The position numbers were made by a program, and so were the translations under genes. Under the pieces are notes generated by a model. It was not told the DNA's origin and did no database searches. It worked only from the letters and a program-made list of their open reading frames with translations. This document shows positions 27,288 through 37,563 of a stretch of 64,000 bases of DNA, piece by piece (position 1 is the stretch's first letter; each line of letters opens with the position of its first letter). The DNA is taken from IMG/VR virus record IMGVR_UViG_3300017585_000131, positions 6,289 to 70,288 of that record; one strand, given 5' to 3'. The stretch is from a virus (lineage: Duplodnaviria > Caudoviricetes).

Positions 27288-27949
27288 AACCCAACCTCCG
27301 TTTCTACTGTTTCTGGAGTTGTGTAATAATCCGCTTCACAGATGTCGCACATTGAAAAATCATAGAGATTTGCGTCAAAGTCATCCGTGTCAATATCGGA
27401 CATTGCTATGTAAGCCAGCAGCTCTGCAAAAGCCACTGGGTCATCATCAAGTCGCTGCCACTCTCGCATCCATTCGTCATACTGATTGGAATAAAACGGG
27501 ATATAGCCACTGCAAGCCATATTATCACGCTTTATACAGTTGATGAGATAATCCTTGTGTTCAGCGCACCACGCAAGCAAAACTTGGCGTAAACGCTCCT
27601 CATCATTTGTAGTAAAGCACACCTCAAGATGGTCGTTGGCGAAATTATATTCTCGTGGCGACCATATATGAGGATTGGAGAACGAGAACAACTCATTGAA
27701 ATCCACTTTCAGAACACGGCATAGCTCGCTCTCAATAAAGTCAGCGCATTTTTGGGCTACATCTTGCTCGTAGGCCACACTGTCAAAGGAATCGTAAAGA
27801 CGATTCATAAAAGAATTGTCGTTTACTTGTTCTGACGTAAGCTCCAGATAGCTACTCAGCATATATTCATCACCCTGTGGCTCGAAGAGAGTTTCATAAA
27901 ACCCCGGAAAAGGAATAAGCCACAAATCATCGATCTTCATTGTTTTCAT
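27284..27949 (-). CDS. Acidic hypothetical protein
   Basis: Packed ORF with WSPREYNF motif. Confidence 0.75.
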   Translation of the reverse strand: MKTMKIDDLWLIPFPGFYETLFEPQGDEYMLSSYLELTSEQVNDNSFMNRLYDSFDSVAYEQDVAQKCADFIESELCRVLKVDFNELFSFSNPHIWSPREYNFANDHLEVCFTTNDEERLRQVLLAWCAEHKDYLINCIKRDNMACSGYIPFYSNQYDEWMREWQRLDDDPVAFAELLAYIAMSDIDTDDFDANLYDFSMCDICEADYYTTPETVETEVGL

Positions 27950-27973
27950 ATTTTTACTGTTTTAAGTTTTACG

Positions 27974-29143
27974 TTATGCCCAGTTTAATTGTTTTGCAAT
28001 ACGTTCACATTCACTGAAATGAATGGCATGGCAACCTGCAAACAAGATATGGTTTTCATATCTATCCAACCTCCATTTTGTGCCATTTATATCAAGTGCA
28101 AGGTCATGACGGAACTGTGCGCCGTTCTCGAAAGATTTGACGATACGCCAGAGACGCAAGCCTTCCTCGATGTTTATCGTAATGCCTTTGCTGGTTTCTA
28201 TTACCTGATGGTCTTGGGAAGAAGAAAGACGTAAAGCAGTATGCCAGCCATAAATTTCAAAGAAAACGAAATCTGGGAACCAAGATCTCGCATCATTTTT
28301 ATGCCATTCCGCAAGAGTTTTTTCACTTTTACGCAGCTCAATTTTTCTTTCATTGCGCAGACGACGCTTATGAGCTGCTTGTATCTGAGTGTTTCGCGCT
28401 TTTACCGCATCGTCATTCTCTATTTTGAAATATTCAGCTATTATGTCATCAATAGCAGAATAAGCTGAAAATTCGAGCATTTCAGACGTGAAAAAGCCTG
28501 CTTTATTGAATAAGTCAAAACACGAGAAGATAGCGTCAACCTCAACTTCCTTGCAGTCAAAAGCCTCGGCATATTTGGCACGGTCTATTCGTGAAGGAAG
28601 CGTAAAGAAATCGAACACTGTTGGCCGCATCTTAGCTGCTGCTTTCGAGTAATAACGATATGGCAGCCATTTCTGACGCTTATCCAAATCCCAAAACGCT
28701 ATCCAACGGCGAATGAACTTACAGTAATCTATAATAGAAGAACGATGGTCAACCGTTCTTGCACGACGCTGTTTGCCCATAAAGTCGATAATGTCGCTTA
28801 TTTTTTGCGCTACAACTTTCATAGCATTGTTGTGACAAGCGTTTGTACCCTCAAATACTTCTGGGGTAAGGCAGCCGTGAGTATAAAATAGCGTTGCGGC
28901 GTGTGGAATAGCGCCAAGCACCCAATTCTGATGTTGAGAGGTGGATGACGAATAGGTATTCTCGTTGAAGATGTAAGCCTTTTCGCCACGGGAATTGTAC
29001 ACAATACGACTGATGGGAAAATGAGAGCCATAGGAGTATATGGTATCTCCCTCGAAATAAAGATTGCCGCAATAGGCGGATTCTTGAAGCTGGTGTGCCC
29101 ATAGGTGAGCCACATCAGCCTTGCTTTTATATGAATATCTCAT
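27974..29143 (-). CDS. Hypothetical phage protein
   Basis: LYFEGDTIYSYGSHFP..YSSSTSQH and IETSKG..AGCHAI motifs; likely start MRYSY. Confidence 0.8.
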   Translation of the reverse strand: MRYSYKSKADVAHLWAHQLQESAYCGNLYFEGDTIYSYGSHFPISRIVYNSRGEKAYIFNENTYSSSTSQHQNWVLGAIPHAATLFYTHGCLTPEVFEGTNACHNNAMKVVAQKISDIIDFMGKQRRARTVDHRSSIIDYCKFIRRWIAFWDLDKRQKWLPYRYYSKAAAKMRPTVFDFFTLPSRIDRAKYAEAFDCKEVEVDAIFSCFDLFNKAGFFTSEMLEFSAYSAIDDIIAEYFKIENDDAVKARNTQIQAAHKRRLRNERKIELRKSEKTLAEWHKNDARSWFPDFVFFEIYGWHTALRLSSSQDHQVIETSKGITINIEEGLRLWRIVKSFENGAQFRHDLALDINGTKWRLDRYENHILFAGCHAIHFSECERIAKQLNWA

Positions 29144-29220
29144 GATCTTGCTGTTTTTAAGTGAATAGGAATGAAATCTCAATAAAGTGTAAACAGCCAT
29201 TATATTTTATGGTTGTTTAA

Positions 29221-29260
29221 CAAAAAGGGCGGTTTTTGATTTTACTATCAAGACCGCCCT
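29221..29260 (-). terminator. Intrinsic terminator
   Basis: AGGGCGGTCTTGAT/ATCAAAAACCGCCCT stem followed by a T-run on the minus strand. Confidence 0.75.
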
Positions 29261-29281
29261 AAAAGAGAAAATACAGCTACA

Positions 29282-29988
29282 TTATGGACGTAAGCTGTCA
29301 AGTAGCTCATCGCAAGAGGCAAACACTTGTCTTTCTGGTAAGTCACCCACGTTATAAGGCACGACGTATTTTATGTCGTGACCACCAATCAAATGCGTTT
29401 GAACGGTAACTCCCCAACCTTGCCAGAAGCGACCTTATTGTTTAGCATATACCACACAGTATCGCCAACGCTGAACTTTGGCTTTGGAAATTCCTTTTCA
29501 GAGTCAGCGACTTTATGGAATTGTGGAACGTCATAGCCTTCATCTCTCAGCTCATCGAATTTTTTGCAGACGAAATCATCTATAGCGTCATAGTAAGCCA
29601 CATCCCCACGCCGATATGTGTCATAATGGTTCATGAACTCCACAGCCCATTGTTGAATTAAGCGGGCTGCTTTAATGCGGTCGCCGTCAGGAAAAGAGGC
29701 TTGCAGCTTATCAAGAGCTTCCGCTGTAATTTCCTGTAAGTTCATAAGGAAATCTTGCGGCACATAGCCTATAGACAAGCCAAGTTGAGTATCACCGAGC
29801 AGTTCGCAAAGCGTTTCCTCATCCTCAACCACTCCTTCAGATTCGTCATCCTCACCAATACGTATCAGCTCAAATGGCTGAGAGCGATTGTTAAAGTACT
29901 TCAGCGCGTCCGTATCGGATAAAAGCGCATAGATATATGGCTCGGTTTCACCTGCCGCGATTTTGATTTTACTTTCTTTCATTCTCAT
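29282..29988 (-). pseudogene. Acidic multi-domain protein whose last domain appears frameshifted at a G4 run (29412-29415)
   Basis: The annotated frame stops at 29389. The -1 frame continues GVTVQTHL..QVFASCDELLDSLRP* to 29282, completing a KFSVGDTVWYM..EELL.SL-type domain. Confidence 0.5.
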
Positions 29989-29999
29989 AATTTAAAGAT

Positions 30000-30626
30000 T
30001 TACATTGTTGTTGAAACGTCATTAACAGCAGCGGTAGCCGGCATACAGTCTATAAGATAGCAAAGATGGCCTGGGATGACATCATTCACATTGATGTCAA
30101 CATCATCGCCATATTCGCTGCCCTTAACGGAAAGGTTGATGGAATCGTATTCGTTAAGCCACGCCCCCAAGACAACCACGTCCATTGGACCGCTGTCAAG
30201 ATTTACCGCTATGACAGGAACATCGTAATCGACATCGTAACGATCAACGTTCTTGTCAAGCCAAGAGAACGAGCCGCCATGAGCTTTGAGAGCCTTTTTG
30301 AGTTCAGCTTGCTCTTGACGGCGCACTTTCCGACACATTTCGTATATGTCGGAATGTTTCATAGCACCATATCTCTCGTTATCCTCATGCCATATTTGTT
30401 GAGAAGATGTGCAATCAGACCTTTTGAGAGAACAATTGTGCGGTGTCGTATCAGGTATGTCAGCAATATCCGCTTCTTGTTTTTCGTTATCTACCCAAGA
30501 GAGACATCCGACAAAGCCGCATATAGGACATTTGTCAGCACCATGCGGAAGAAGCATTGTCTGTCCGCAATTGTTGCAGTGAACGTGGTCGCCACTGGTA
30601 ACGCCCTTGAAAGTTATCGTTTTCAT
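30000..30626 (-). CDS. Hypothetical protein with N-terminal Cys4 zinc ribbon
   Basis: CNNC..CPIC motif. Confidence 0.7.
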   Translation of the reverse strand: MKTITFKGVTSGDHVHCNNCGQTMLLPHGADKCPICGFVGCLSWVDNEKQEADIADIPDTTPHNCSLKRSDCTSSQQIWHEDNERYGAMKHSDIYEMCRKVRRQEQAELKKALKAHGGSFSWLDKNVDRYDVDYDVPVIAVNLDSGPMDVVVLGAWLNEYDSINLSVKGSEYGDDVDINVNDVIPGHLCYLIDCMPATAAVNDVSTTM

Positions 30627-30636
30627 ATCTATTGAT

Positions 30637-31275
30637 TTAAAAATCGTTTGGGAATAAAATACCGGCTATACGGTAAGCCAATTCCTCATAGCACAACCAG
30701 CATATCCACACATAGTGGTAAGTACTGCCACTATGAACAATACGGTCGCCCATTTCCTCTTCCAGTTCTTCACGGAACTCTTCCATTTCGTTGGCATAGC
30801 GTCCGTAGATTTCAAGACAGTCGGTATTGTATATCAACATTCCGACCATTCCAGAAGAGCAACCGCCATATTGCAAGTCTTTGAAGAAACCAGACGGGTT
30901 ACTATAGCCTTCAGCTTCGGAAGCCATATCTTCAATGAACTCATCAAAGAAATCATATTCACGATTAAAGCACTCCTTGCATTGCTTCAGCATATCTTCC
31001 AAGAAATCTGACGTGGAAGGTAAGTCTGGAAGCGTCATAGAAAGGTCTCGCATGGCGTCATAGCCAAAGAACTTGGAGTAAATGCTTTCCGCATCCATTT
31101 CCAACAAGTAGTCAAGCGGAGTCATTCCCTCGCCCAAGAAATCTTCAAGCGACTCATTCTCTTCACGCTCAGTGATTATAGCGTTAAACACTGTGAGGGT
31201 AAAATCCTCAATCTCCCCGTGGTCTGAAAGGTATTCTTGAAACCAATCAATCACATATTCGTCAAAAGTTTTCAT
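30637..31275 (-). CDS. Highly acidic hypothetical protein
   Basis: D/E-rich with GGCSSGMVGMLIY motif. Confidence 0.75.
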   Translation of the reverse strand: MKTFDEYVIDWFQEYLSDHGEIEDFTLTVFNAIITEREENESLEDFLGEGMTPLDYLLEMDAESIYSKFFGYDAMRDLSMTLPDLPSTSDFLEDMLKQCKECFNREYDFFDEFIEDMASEAEGYSNPSGFFKDLQYGGCSSGMVGMLIYNTDCLEIYGRYANEMEEFREELEEEMGDRIVHSGSTYHYVWICWLCYEELAYRIAGILFPNDF

Positions 31276-31901
31276 TGTTGTTTGTCTTTAAGTTGTTCGG
31301 GTTTATAAAGCACACCATATTTGAGACCACACTCAAAACACGTTATCTCGTGAGGCTCGATCAATGAGTATTCACATATACCACGTTCCACATCAGGCAG
31401 ATGATGAACGTCATAGAGAGTAGGATAGATAAGCACGAAAGACTCACCGTTATAAGAACCAATAGCGTAACCGTCAAAGAAATCGAAGGAGATACGATGT
31501 TCCTCTTCGTTGCCAAACATTTCTTTATTGACTATGAGCAGTTCATCGTGAATAGGCATAGAGCCATCATTTCCACGATTGCGATAATGCGCCATTGCAA
31601 GAGCGTCATCCCAAATGCCCCGATTGGGTGCTTTTGGCGGGGCATTGAAATCATCGTGCGACAAGTGGTGAACGGTTATGAAAGGTGCGGAACCATCCAT
31701 ATTCTCAGCTATCCAATCGCCATTGGCGAGGTCATACTTGCACCAATTGGAAAGATAACACTCCATTATCTCCGTCCAGTCATCAGCCTCATCCCACTCA
31801 CCATTCTTAACGCATTGCCGAAACGTATCACGGACAACGCTTACTGGAACGTCAATAATATCAACGTCGCCAGTAAGATACTGTAACACTACTATTTTCA
31901 T
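31272..31901 (-). CDS. Acidic hypothetical protein
   Basis: Packed ORF. Confidence 0.7.
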   Translation of the reverse strand: MKIVVLQYLTGDVDIIDVPVSVVRDTFRQCVKNGEWDEADDWTEIMECYLSNWCKYDLANGDWIAENMDGSAPFITVHHLSHDDFNAPPKAPNRGIWDDALAMAHYRNRGNDGSMPIHDELLIVNKEMFGNEEEHRISFDFFDGYAIGSYNGESFVLIYPTLYDVHHLPDVERGICEYSLIEPHEITCFECGLKYGVLYKPEQLKDKQQ

Positions 31902-31912
31902 ACGCTTATAGT

Positions 31913-32206
31913 TTAGTCGGATCCAACAGAAGGAAAATTCAATTCACAGGCGTTTTCGGTTAGGTCTTCCCAGAAGCCACAGTCAAGATAGGTGTTATCC
32001 ATCCTGTTGGCTAACTGCTCCATATCCGAATCTGAGAGCTTGTCTGCCACAAAGTCCTTTTCTCGTACGTCATCACGACTCACCGATGACACATCGAAGA
32101 AATCAAGCTCGCCTTGCAATTGTAGGAAAAGTGATTGCTCTTCCACAGTACGCTCCTTAATTCCGTTGAAATAGCGGAACAGTTTTTGTTTTAATTCGTG
32201 TTTCAT
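31913..32206 (-). CDS. Hypothetical protein
   Basis: Packed ORF. Confidence 0.7.
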   Translation of the reverse strand: MKHELKQKLFRYFNGIKERTVEEQSLFLQLQGELDFFDVSSVSRDDVREKDFVADKLSDSDMEQLANRMDNTYLDCGFWEDLTENACELNFPSVGSD

Positions 32207-32218
32207 TATTATTTTTTT

Positions 32219-32440
32219 TTAGTTACAACTACAAAAGAAATCGTCTTCAACAAATTCAATTGAGGCATACGCTTCGTAAATTTCAGAGTCGGAAACGAGC
32301 TGGTCAGCGTCCACTAAATCAGACCAATAAGTACGCTCGCCATTCTCATCGTTGCGTTTACACAAATAATCGCTCTTCAGCTCTATGAGTTGGTTTCGGG
32401 ATAAGTCGGTTACGTTCATAACGATAGTTTTTATACACAC
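32219..32440 (-). CDS. Small acidic hypothetical protein
   Basis: Packed ORF with DLSRNQLIELK..FVEDDF. Confidence 0.7.
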   Translation of the reverse strand: MCIKTIVMNVTDLSRNQLIELKSDYLCKRNDENGERTYWSDLVDADQLVSDSEIYEAYASIEFVEDDFFCSCN

Positions 32441-33033
32441 ATTTGTTCTTTAGCACGATTTATGGCAGGGCGCAGCCAATTACCGCCGTTTATGGCAGTA
32501 TAAAGTATATCCCAACCTGTAGTGCCAATCATATTCAAAAGCCTATCGAGATAAAATCCGCGCAGCGAATCGATAGTACGATAAGTTGAAGCGACGGCAT
32601 AGAGAATGTCAAGAACGTCCTTACTCTCACGCATATCCTCTTCAGGGTCGCTTAGAGAAATCTCCGTATGCGCCATTGGCACGGCAACACCGCCTTCGCT
32701 CATAATATCAGAGATGCACACGGAACTTTCGCCACAGCCACACATATCCATAATAGAGTCTTTATGCGACTGGCAAATACTACCAAACGTCGGAACAAGG
32801 TAAAGTGTGATAACGACTGAAGATTTCTCATCCGTTACCATCGTCAAGTCAAGAAGCTCGATGACATAGCGATAATCAAAATGCAAGTCATCGTCCTCGT
32901 CATGTGTAAACGTTTCGTTAGATACGTAAAACGCCTGCTCCTCGCCGTAGTCTTCAGCAAGGGAAAATTCATCACTGAAAGATTTGGTTGGTGGGCTTAT
33001 ACATTCAATGCCGCCAAAAGCTATTTTATCCAT
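32431..33033 (-). CDS. Acidic hypothetical protein
   Basis: Packed ORF. Confidence 0.7.
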   Translation of the reverse strand: MDKIAFGGIECISPPTKSFSDEFSLAEDYGEEQAFYVSNETFTHDEDDDLHFDYRYVIELLDLTMVTDEKSSVVITLYLVPTFGSICQSHKDSIMDMCGCGESSVCISDIMSEGGVAVPMAHTEISLSDPEEDMRESKDVLDILYAVASTYRTIDSLRGFYLDRLLNMIGTTGWDILYTAINGGNWLRPAINRAKEQMCV

Positions 33034-33050
33034 TTTATTGATTGTTTTTT

Positions 33051-33389
33051 TTAGAAAGATTTAGATAAGTCACTAAGCCCATTCGGACACCGTTCTTCAA
33101 ACCAATGCAACACTTCAGATTTAGGAGTAAAGATTGGAAAAGTGAGAAAGTTTCCTGCAATGCCACCCCTATTGTTGATTGGCATACGAGAGAACTCCTC
33201 CCAAAGTTCAGGAAGAGTCATAAGTCTGGTGTGGTCTTCACAATAATCACACCAACAACTATCTATTTCTGAGTCATCGACATCAGAAATATATTCGTCT
33301 GTGTTGGCATTTACCCAAGCCATAACCTGCACGTCCGTGTTACCACATACTGAGCAGTACAGAATTTCATTCCATTTTGGTTCACGCAT
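33051..33389 (-). CDS. Hypothetical protein with Cys4 motif
   Basis: CSVC..CDYC motif. Confidence 0.7.
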   Translation of the reverse strand: MREPKWNEILYCSVCGNTDVQVMAWVNANTDEYISDVDDSEIDSCWCDYCEDHTRLMTLPELWEEFSRMPINNRGGIAGNFLTFPIFTPKSEVLHWFEERCPNGLSDLSKSF

Positions 33390-33407
33390 AATTGTATGGT
33401 TTTAAGA

Positions 33408-33722
33408 TTAATAATCAAGTGAATTGTAAGTACATCCTTCGCAATCCTCATAGACATTATGTTGCACAGTTGCGTTCTTTTGTAGGAAGGCTATGTGTTC
33501 GTCCATGATTTTCTGCTTCATCTTTACTGGCAAGTCGTAAATCTTGTCGTTAAGATATTTGGGGAGATTATAAAGTTCGCCGTATGTAAAGCAGCTGTCA
33601 ATCATATTTATCCAACGGATTTGCTTCAATTGCAGTTCTTGTTCCTTAGTGCGAGGATGTGAGCCGGTGATTGAATTTTCCAGTTCTTTCAGCTCTTTTT
33701 GATGGATTGTGCTGATGTTCAT
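33408..33722 (-). CDS. Hypothetical protein
   Basis: Packed ORF. Confidence 0.7.
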   Translation of the reverse strand: MNISTIHQKELKELENSITGSHPRTKEQELQLKQIRWINMIDSCFTYGELYNLPKYLNDKIYDLPVKMKQKIMDEHIAFLQKNATVQHNVYEDCEGCTYNSLDY

Positions 33723-33734
33723 AAGTCTTTGTCT

Positions 33735-33929
33735 TTATACTCGTTGATGCGTAATGTAAATTTCGTAATCCTTACCGTGGAACGTCGGTCGCTTTTCTTC
33801 CACGTATTTTTGCAAGTCCTCAAAGCATATTGCGAAGATTGGAGGGTACTTGTACTGAAGCTGGCAATAAAACTTGCCACTCAGCATAACGTCAATGTAG
33901 ATAGTCTTCATAAAATTCCTTTCCACCAC
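33735..33929 (-). CDS. Small hypothetical protein
   Basis: TIYIDVML.GKFYCQLQY motif. Confidence 0.65.
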   Translation of the reverse strand: MVERNFMKTIYIDVMLSGKFYCQLQYKYPPIFAICFEDLQKYVEEKRPTFHGKDYEIYITHQRV

Positions 33930-33965
33930 GCAAGAGCTGAAAGAATAACGGCTTTAAGTTTTAAG

Positions 33966-34967
33966 TTAGACTGCTATTTTCTGGCGCATGGCTTCCAACA
34001 CATCGGTTGGTACTTCATTAAGATGATTGACGACACTGAACACGCCTACCGTGCCGCTCTTGATTGGGGCTGAGGATAGCTGCAATTGCTTGAACAAGTT
34101 GTGCCTGTCAGCTCTATAGATGATACAGCCGTCAACGAACATCTGATTTTCTGGAATATTCTCGAAGTTAGCGGTTATGAAATCCTCCAACACCCTACGC
34201 TTTTCTTCTATTTTCTTGATGTGGTTATCTATTGAGGCTTTGGCTTCGGCAATCATCTGGCCAACACTTTCTTCGCCAATGTAGCCTCCCACACCGTCAA
34301 AGTTATTGCCGTCCTCATCATCCACATCCCAGTAATAGCACTCGCCACGGACATATTGGTCGTATTCGTGCATCTCGGTTCTCATATTCTCCCAAGCGAC
34401 CTCTTTCCAATTCTCTTCCGTACCGCCGTTCTGTTCAATAGTATCTTTTTTCGTTTGGTAGATGTAACCGCAACGACCGCTATCCCACGGGTCGTTAGGC
34501 TCACCAATCCATACCGTGATGCCGCTATGGTCATAGTATGAAATCGTACTGATTACCAATTCGCCAGACTCATAGGCGAGATTGAAAAGGTCTTGGTCGG
34601 ACATATAATCCCAAGACTGGCCAATGATTGTATCTATACTCTCACCCTTGTCGTATTCGCAGTCATAGTAATAATGGCTGAAGTCGTGCAAAGTATATCC
34701 TTCGTCGGTTTCTTCGAGCCAACAGTCGCCACGGTGTTCGCGCAGATATTTCTCAATCTGCTCGTAAGAAGCATAAGTCCGAGCCAAATGTTCCATCAGC
34801 TCACGCTCGTCACCATAATCGTGCTTGTCGCCGATTTCGTAATTGCGATGAAAACCTATTATGTGTGATAGGTAGCCGTCGTTGAATGTTCGCGGGTTCT
34901 CCGCATACTGGTCGTAGCATATCTTTATAGTACAGCCACGATACTCTTCTGTTTTGTATGGTTCCAT
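33966..34967 (-). CDS. Acidic hypothetical phage protein
   Basis: YDHSGITV..WDSGRCGYIY..YDQYVRGE motifs. Confidence 0.8.
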   Translation of the reverse strand: MEPYKTEEYRGCTIKICYDQYAENPRTFNDGYLSHIIGFHRNYEIGDKHDYGDERELMEHLARTYASYEQIEKYLREHRGDCWLEETDEGYTLHDFSHYYYDCEYDKGESIDTIIGQSWDYMSDQDLFNLAYESGELVISTISYYDHSGITVWIGEPNDPWDSGRCGYIYQTKKDTIEQNGGTEENWKEVAWENMRTEMHEYDQYVRGECYYWDVDDEDGNNFDGVGGYIGEESVGQMIAEAKASIDNHIKKIEEKRRVLEDFITANFENIPENQMFVDGCIIYRADRHNLFKQLQLSSAPIKSGTVGVFSVVNHLNEVPTDVLEAMRQKIAV

Positions 34968-34978
34968 ATTTTTCTTGT

Positions 34979-35203
34979 TTAAAGTTCCCCTTCATACCAA
35001 TGCGGATTGCATCTTTGATTTCTTGCATACAAGACGAGCTGTTGGAGCTTGTCGGAACAGTCCTGCAATATCTCCATACGTTCAGGTTCATAGTATGCAG
35101 GTTTTTCTTTTTTCAACAAAGTGTCTAATGCTCCAAGCACTGTCGCTAACGTTCCCAAGCGGTCAACGACATGGAGAACGTCTTTTTCTTCTGAAATCGT
35201 CAT
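34979..35203 (-). CDS. Hypothetical protein
   Basis: Packed ORF. Confidence 0.65.
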   Translation of the reverse strand: MTISEEKDVLHVVDRLGTLATVLGALDTLLKKEKPAYYEPERMEILQDCSDKLQQLVLYARNQRCNPHWYEGEL

Positions 35204-35347
35204 ATTCTTGCTGTTTATGAGTTACTTTTGAATAGTTGTGAAAGCCATAAGAAATTTATTTATTTTACGACTTTAACTTTCGTTAATAAATGCGCAACCG
35301 CAGCTTTTACACCACGATTGCGCATCTGTACCCACAACTAATAAAAT

Positions 35348-35794
35348 TTAAAGTTCAGAGTAGGATCGCCACGCCTTGACTTTCTCAATGTCGGATAAAT
35401 TGTTCCACCAGTTTTGAAATAAGTCATATACTTGGTCGAAATCCATAGAGCCGTCCTCGTCATAAGAAATACGGTTTATGTCAAGGTCGGCAATAGTCAC
35501 CATTTCATCCTCATCGCTAAGGCTATCAAGCCATTCTTCCGCTTCATCAACGTCATCTTCTCTGACATTAGCGTCAAAGTGTGCTTCATCCTCGTAGCCA
35601 AGCCATTGTGCGATAGTATCGAAATCAAACCAAAACATATCGTTGACTTCAACATCGGTCATACCTTCAGGAAACAATTGCTCAAAATTGTCCTCCACGA
35701 TAGCGAATTGCTCGTCTGTCAGATTGCAAGCTCTATCCTTCCCGCCACTCCAAAACTTAAAGTCACGAAGCGACATTTTCTCGATTATTTTCAT
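35348..35794 (-). CDS. Very acidic hypothetical protein
   Basis: About 40 of 148 residues are D/E; FKFWSGG..VNDMFWF motif. Confidence 0.75.
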   Translation of the reverse strand: MKIIEKMSLRDFKFWSGGKDRACNLTDEQFAIVEDNFEQLFPEGMTDVEVNDMFWFDFDTIAQWLGYEDEAHFDANVREDDVDEAEEWLDSLSDEDEMVTIADLDINRISYDEDGSMDFDQVYDLFQNWWNNLSDIEKVKAWRSYSEL

Positions 35795-35820
35795 AAGCTC
35801 GACGATTTAGCGTAAGACTT

Positions 35821-36147
35821 CTATGTGTGAATATGCCAACCGTAGTTTGGGGAAAGCTGAACACTGCCGTTCTCAACATAGCCTCCATTGGGGAAACCAT
35901 GAAAGATTATGCCTCCGTTCATACTCAGACTGCCGTCCTCCCGATATATGCCGAAGAGAAAGCAATCCTTGTCAAAGTCTGAAGAAATACGCACTTCCTC
36001 CACGTTATCCCACATGAGATAGTTCATAACACGGCTTAAAACCGCTTGAAGCGACTGGCTTTCGTCAATCACTCCGTCACGCATGGCTTCATTTGACTTC
36101 TTCCATGCGTTGCGCCACTTTTCAGGGCAGGTAATTTCGATTTTCAT
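35821..36147 (-). CDS. DUF4120-like protein
   Basis: NGGIIFHG..VQLSPNYGWHIHT C-terminus. Confidence 0.55.
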   Translation of the reverse strand: MKIEITCPEKWRNAWKKSNEAMRDGVIDESQSLQAVLSRVMNYLMWDNVEEVRISSDFDKDCFLFGIYREDGSLSMNGGIIFHGFPNGGYVENGSVQLSPNYGWHIHT

Positions 36148-36347
36148 ACGTCTTGATTTTTAAAGAGTTTGTTTTCGATTTTGCAATTTTCCTTGTAAAC
36201 GTCCAACCAAAAACGTCCACATTTGGCGTTACACTTGGCTGTGATGACCAATACTGCAAGATAAGCAACGCCCAACAGATAATTCACGAAGAAGAGAGCC
36301 AATGGCAACAGCAGCAGCTCCCCGATAATCCACTTTTTCATACTCAC
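36144..36347 (-). CDS. Small membrane protein
   Basis: Hydrophobic N-terminal half. Confidence 0.6.
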   Translation of the reverse strand: MSMKKWIIGELLLLPLALFFVNYLLGVAYLAVLVITAKCNAKCGRFWLDVYKENCKIENKLFKNQDV

Positions 36348-36706
36348 ATCTCCTCTTCATCCAGTTCATACTCCACGGTTTCGTATAACCTGATGGCTTT
36401 CAACGTGCCGCAAAGCTGTTTGTTTTCCTTGATTGCATCAAGCACTTTGGCATAAGTGCTAAAAGTGAGACGTACCACCTCGTCGTACATTCCAGCGTCA
36501 GGGTCGTCATAGACTACATAGTAACCGCTCGTGCCGACCTCGAACTCTTCCATTACATTCTGAGTGCTGAAAAACAGACCGTTAAAGCCTATTTCAATTG
36601 CGGTTGAGTCAGCCTTGACTTCTTGCTTGTTTTGTGTACTGGATGAACAAGAAAACGCTCCAAGCATAACTATACTCAGAGCGCAAATAATAAATTGCTT
36701 TTTCAT
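36344..36706 (-). CDS. Putative lipoprotein
   Basis: MKKQFIICALSIVMLGAFSC, a type II signal peptide with lipobox Cys. Confidence 0.65.
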   Translation of the reverse strand: MKKQFIICALSIVMLGAFSCSSSTQNKQEVKADSTAIEIGFNGLFFSTQNVMEEFEVGTSGYYVVYDDPDAGMYDEVVRLTFSTYAKVLDAIKENKQLCGTLKAIRLYETVEYELDEEEM

Positions 36707-36945
36707 TTTGTCGTTTTTGGGGGATTGTTGATTGTGTGTAATAATTGCGCAATGTGTGCCGCCATATTCTTCTCTTCCATAAGGTCTTTGCGGCAATCAC
36801 GCACTTCCTCGACAAAGACAGGACCGCAATCTGTCCTTTGAGCGTAGGCTTTCAGATTGCAGTCTATTGTCTTGATGCGGTTGCGCAAAGACTTCGCCAT
36901 ATCGCGAAACTCCTGCTCTTGGTCTAACCTTATTTCAGTTATCAT
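36703..36945 (-). CDS. Hypothetical coiled-coil protein
   Basis: Packed ORF. Confidence 0.6.
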   Translation of the reverse strand: MITEIRLDQEQEFRDMAKSLRNRIKTIDCNLKAYAQRTDCGPVFVEEVRDCRKDLMEEKNMAAHIAQLLHTINNPPKTTK

Positions 36946-36952
36946 AGTTTGG

Positions 36953-37504
36953 TTATGCGGCTTTCAGTTTGATGCAGAGAGCCTTAGCGCAATCCTTAAC
37001 CTGTTCGGTGCGGATAACCCAGCCTTCGCCACCAGTGAGATGACTGTTATACACACCCTTGAACTGCTCTTTGAGGACCTTGCGCAATGGCTTGGTATTG
37101 CCACGCAACACCCAACACTTCTCCGAGTACTTCTCAAAGGTCAGTCCGAGCTTCTTGATAGCCGCAGTGTCAGTAACGGCTATGAGAGTATCATCTGATG
37201 TGGCTTTCGCTTTGGCAGGCGCAGCTTCCTCCTTTGCTTTCGGGGAGGACTTTTCCTGTTTCTTGAACTTTGCGGCGGCTTCCTTAGCCTTTTCAGCCAC
37301 AGCCTTTGCAGTGGGCTTGGTGGCGACTTTCTTGGTTGCCTTTGCGGTGGGCTGAAGTTCTGCCACACGAACTTCATAGGCGTTCTTTACCTGAGCACAG
37401 ATAGCGTTTGCCGCCTCTTTAAGCTCTTCAATGGTTGTCAACTGTGTGAATGTACTGCTGATAATGCTTGTGAAGATAGACTCCACGTTGATGTTCGTCT
37501 TCAT
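36953..37504 (-). CDS. Hypothetical protein with Lys/Ala-rich linker and small C-terminal domain
   Basis: AKATKK/AKAK low complexity followed by YSEKCWVLRGNTK..YNSHL..GWV. Confidence 0.75.
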   Translation of the reverse strand: MKTNINVESIFTSIISSTFTQLTTIEELKEAANAICAQVKNAYEVRVAELQPTAKATKKVATKPTAKAVAEKAKEAAAKFKKQEKSSPKAKEEAAPAKAKATSDDTLIAVTDTAAIKKLGLTFEKYSEKCWVLRGNTKPLRKVLKEQFKGVYNSHLTGGEGWVIRTEQVKDCAKALCIKLKAA

Positions 37505-37563
37505 AATTCTTGAATTTTAATTGTTTTTACTTTGGATTGGTGAAATTTTCGCGCGTCTTTTGG

